This document shows, in pieces, positions 61,076 to 64,000 of a stretch of DNA of 64,000 nucleotides (positions within the stretch are counted from its first letter, which is position 1; every line of letters starts with the position of its first letter). The stretch comes from the human T2T-CHM13v2.0 reference genome, Homo sapiens. Location: NCBI RefSeq assembly GCF_009914755.1, contig NC_060931.1. One strand, written 5' to 3'. A model generated the notes under the pieces. It made no database searches. It was not told the DNA's origin and saw only the letters and a program-made list of their open reading frames with translations. The position numbers were made by a program, and so were the translations under genes.

Positions 61076-61649
61076 GAGGTGTTAACTTTTAGCAAATTTT
61101 ACTTTTGTTGAAAACCTTGTAAGCTTGGGATTTCAATTACTCTTTGCTATTAATAAGACTTCGCTCAGTCCATATTAACTTAGAATTGATATAGATGGCT
61201 CCTTCCTGATTCCGTAAGTACTTTAAGGTTTGGCTGAGCACAAACAGCTCACACGTTTAAGCAGACCAATTTTTAGGCAATTTTCCTAACTCTGCCTCTA
61301 CAAGAGTTTCCTTATCACTTATTGAATACCCATTGTGTCTTTTTCCCTTAAGCGCCCAGGAAGAACCACCTGTCTTTCTGTCCTGAAGGGAGTTCCTCCT
61401 ATATCTGGTAGGACCTTTGTATGGTAATTAGTTAAGGTTTAGATCCCCTGTTAGGAAACCTGCTGGGTTAAGGATTTTTGATAGGAAGGCTATGGGTTGT
61501 CAGTGGCCTCAGTGCTTTTGGGCTGTGCCCTTGATTACACTGACAAGGTGGTATTGGATTGTTATAGGGTTACAGAGAAGGCCTTCAATGATCAATTATA
61601 TTTACCCTGACTTTTAAAGGAAAAGGGTACACTGTTTTTTCTCCACTAC

Positions 61650-61895
61650 TTCCATCTCTCTTTCTTTCTCTTTGACTTTCTGTCTTTTCTCTCTCTGACT
61701 CCCCTTTGTCTGTCTCTTCCTCTCTCTGACTTTCTGTCTCTCTCTTTGATTCCTTTGTCTCTTCCTCTCTCCTTCTCTGACTTTCTGTCTCTCTGACTCT
61801 TTGTCTCTGTCTCTTCCTCTCTTTTTGACTGTCTCTTTCTGTGTCTCTCTTTGTCTCTGTCTCTTCCTGTCTTTCTCTGTCTTTCCTCTCTGCTG
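61650..61895. repeat. CT/AG-rich degenerate minisatellite inside the provirus
   Basis: Repeated ctctctgactttctgtct / tttgtctctgtctcttcc units. Confidence 0.85.
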
Positions 61896-61899
61896 ATCT

Positions 61900-62870
<971 letters not shown>

Positions 62871-63454
62871 TAATCATATATTTTATTTGTTAAAAGTTGT
62901 TATTTACTTTTTTCCTTACAAAAGTGAGTGTAGTTGTTTCTCTGGTCTGCCACTTTTGGGGGGTAATTTCAAACAGAATCTCAGGGCTTAGCTTTGAGAA
63001 TGCTACCAGGGAAAAATAGGAAATATCTCTCCTTTTATGGCTATAGAAAATGAATACATTTCCACAAGACGTGTAGTAAATCAACTGGTGCATTACATAG
63101 ATGCATCAAAACAATAGTTCCTTTTTTTTTTGAGGGTGAAGAATTTGTAATATTTTGAATCTCTTTTCTGTAGCATGTCATTTGAATAAGTTTAATGCTA
63201 AATTTTTTAAGGTGATACTTGGCACCTTCTAAAAGTATTAATATATGGTTAATTGTTAAATTATTTTTTATAGAGATAAGTGATGTGTTTATTGTCTGAA
63301 AGGGATAGACACTTGTTTTTCATTGTTTTGTTGTTGTTGAGATATAAAATGTAAATGCCTTACAACTTAATTCTCTTTCATAAACACTGAGTTTGAGTAA
63401 TTTTGCTAGATTCTTCAAACACTGACTATTTTTTTAAATATAAAATCAAGTGTC

Positions 63455-63722
<268 letters not shown>

Positions 63723-64000
63723 TCAAGTGAACCATGCTGATTGGAAAATGAAAGCCCAAACCCAGTGACTCCAAGCTGGCCAGTCTTGAGCCTGCAAAAA
63801 GGGGTGATTGAACACCAAGTTGGTTGGTCTTTTACTGGTGAGTCACCCCTGCAGGTGTCCCAGCCTACTCACCTCAGCCATGGAAGAATTGTTTATACTG
63901 ACAGAAGCTACAGAGCCCTGGAAAGCTGGATACTCAAAGTCAGATGCAGTTAAAGTTGGGATAGAAGTGGTTGGGGAGCCTCTTTTTGAGGATGGATTTG

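Overview
Primate (very probably human) genomic DNA from a KRAB zinc-finger cluster. The window holds the last intron, the large C2H2 exon (7806-10138, 25 finger repeats) and the long 3' UTR of a ZNF91-family gene whose protein I recognise as ZNF107. About 50 kb of repeat-dense intergenic sequence follows: roughly 50 Alus, old L1s (one near-full-length L1PB-like copy), two full-length SVAs in opposite orientation, a processed MPZL1 pseudogene inserted inside an Alu, a MER4-group provirus, a solo HML-6 LTR3, and a pol-deleted HERV9/LTR12 provirus. There are no prokaryotic-type systems or CRISPR arrays. The most unusual signals are retrotransposition fossils: (1) the minus-strand SVA carries about 20 strand-biased A>G changes, which looks like an ADAR-hyperedited RNA written back into the genome; (2) an Alu appears to carry a 3' transduced, LTR-polyadenylated tail; (3) an Alu/L1PA chimera sits at a deletion in its host L1; (4) the MPZL1 retrocopy, co-oriented just downstream of the SVA, keeps an open signal peptide plus IgV frame and loses its transmembrane anchor to a frameshift. 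Repeat family names and boundaries were judged by eye and are approximate.
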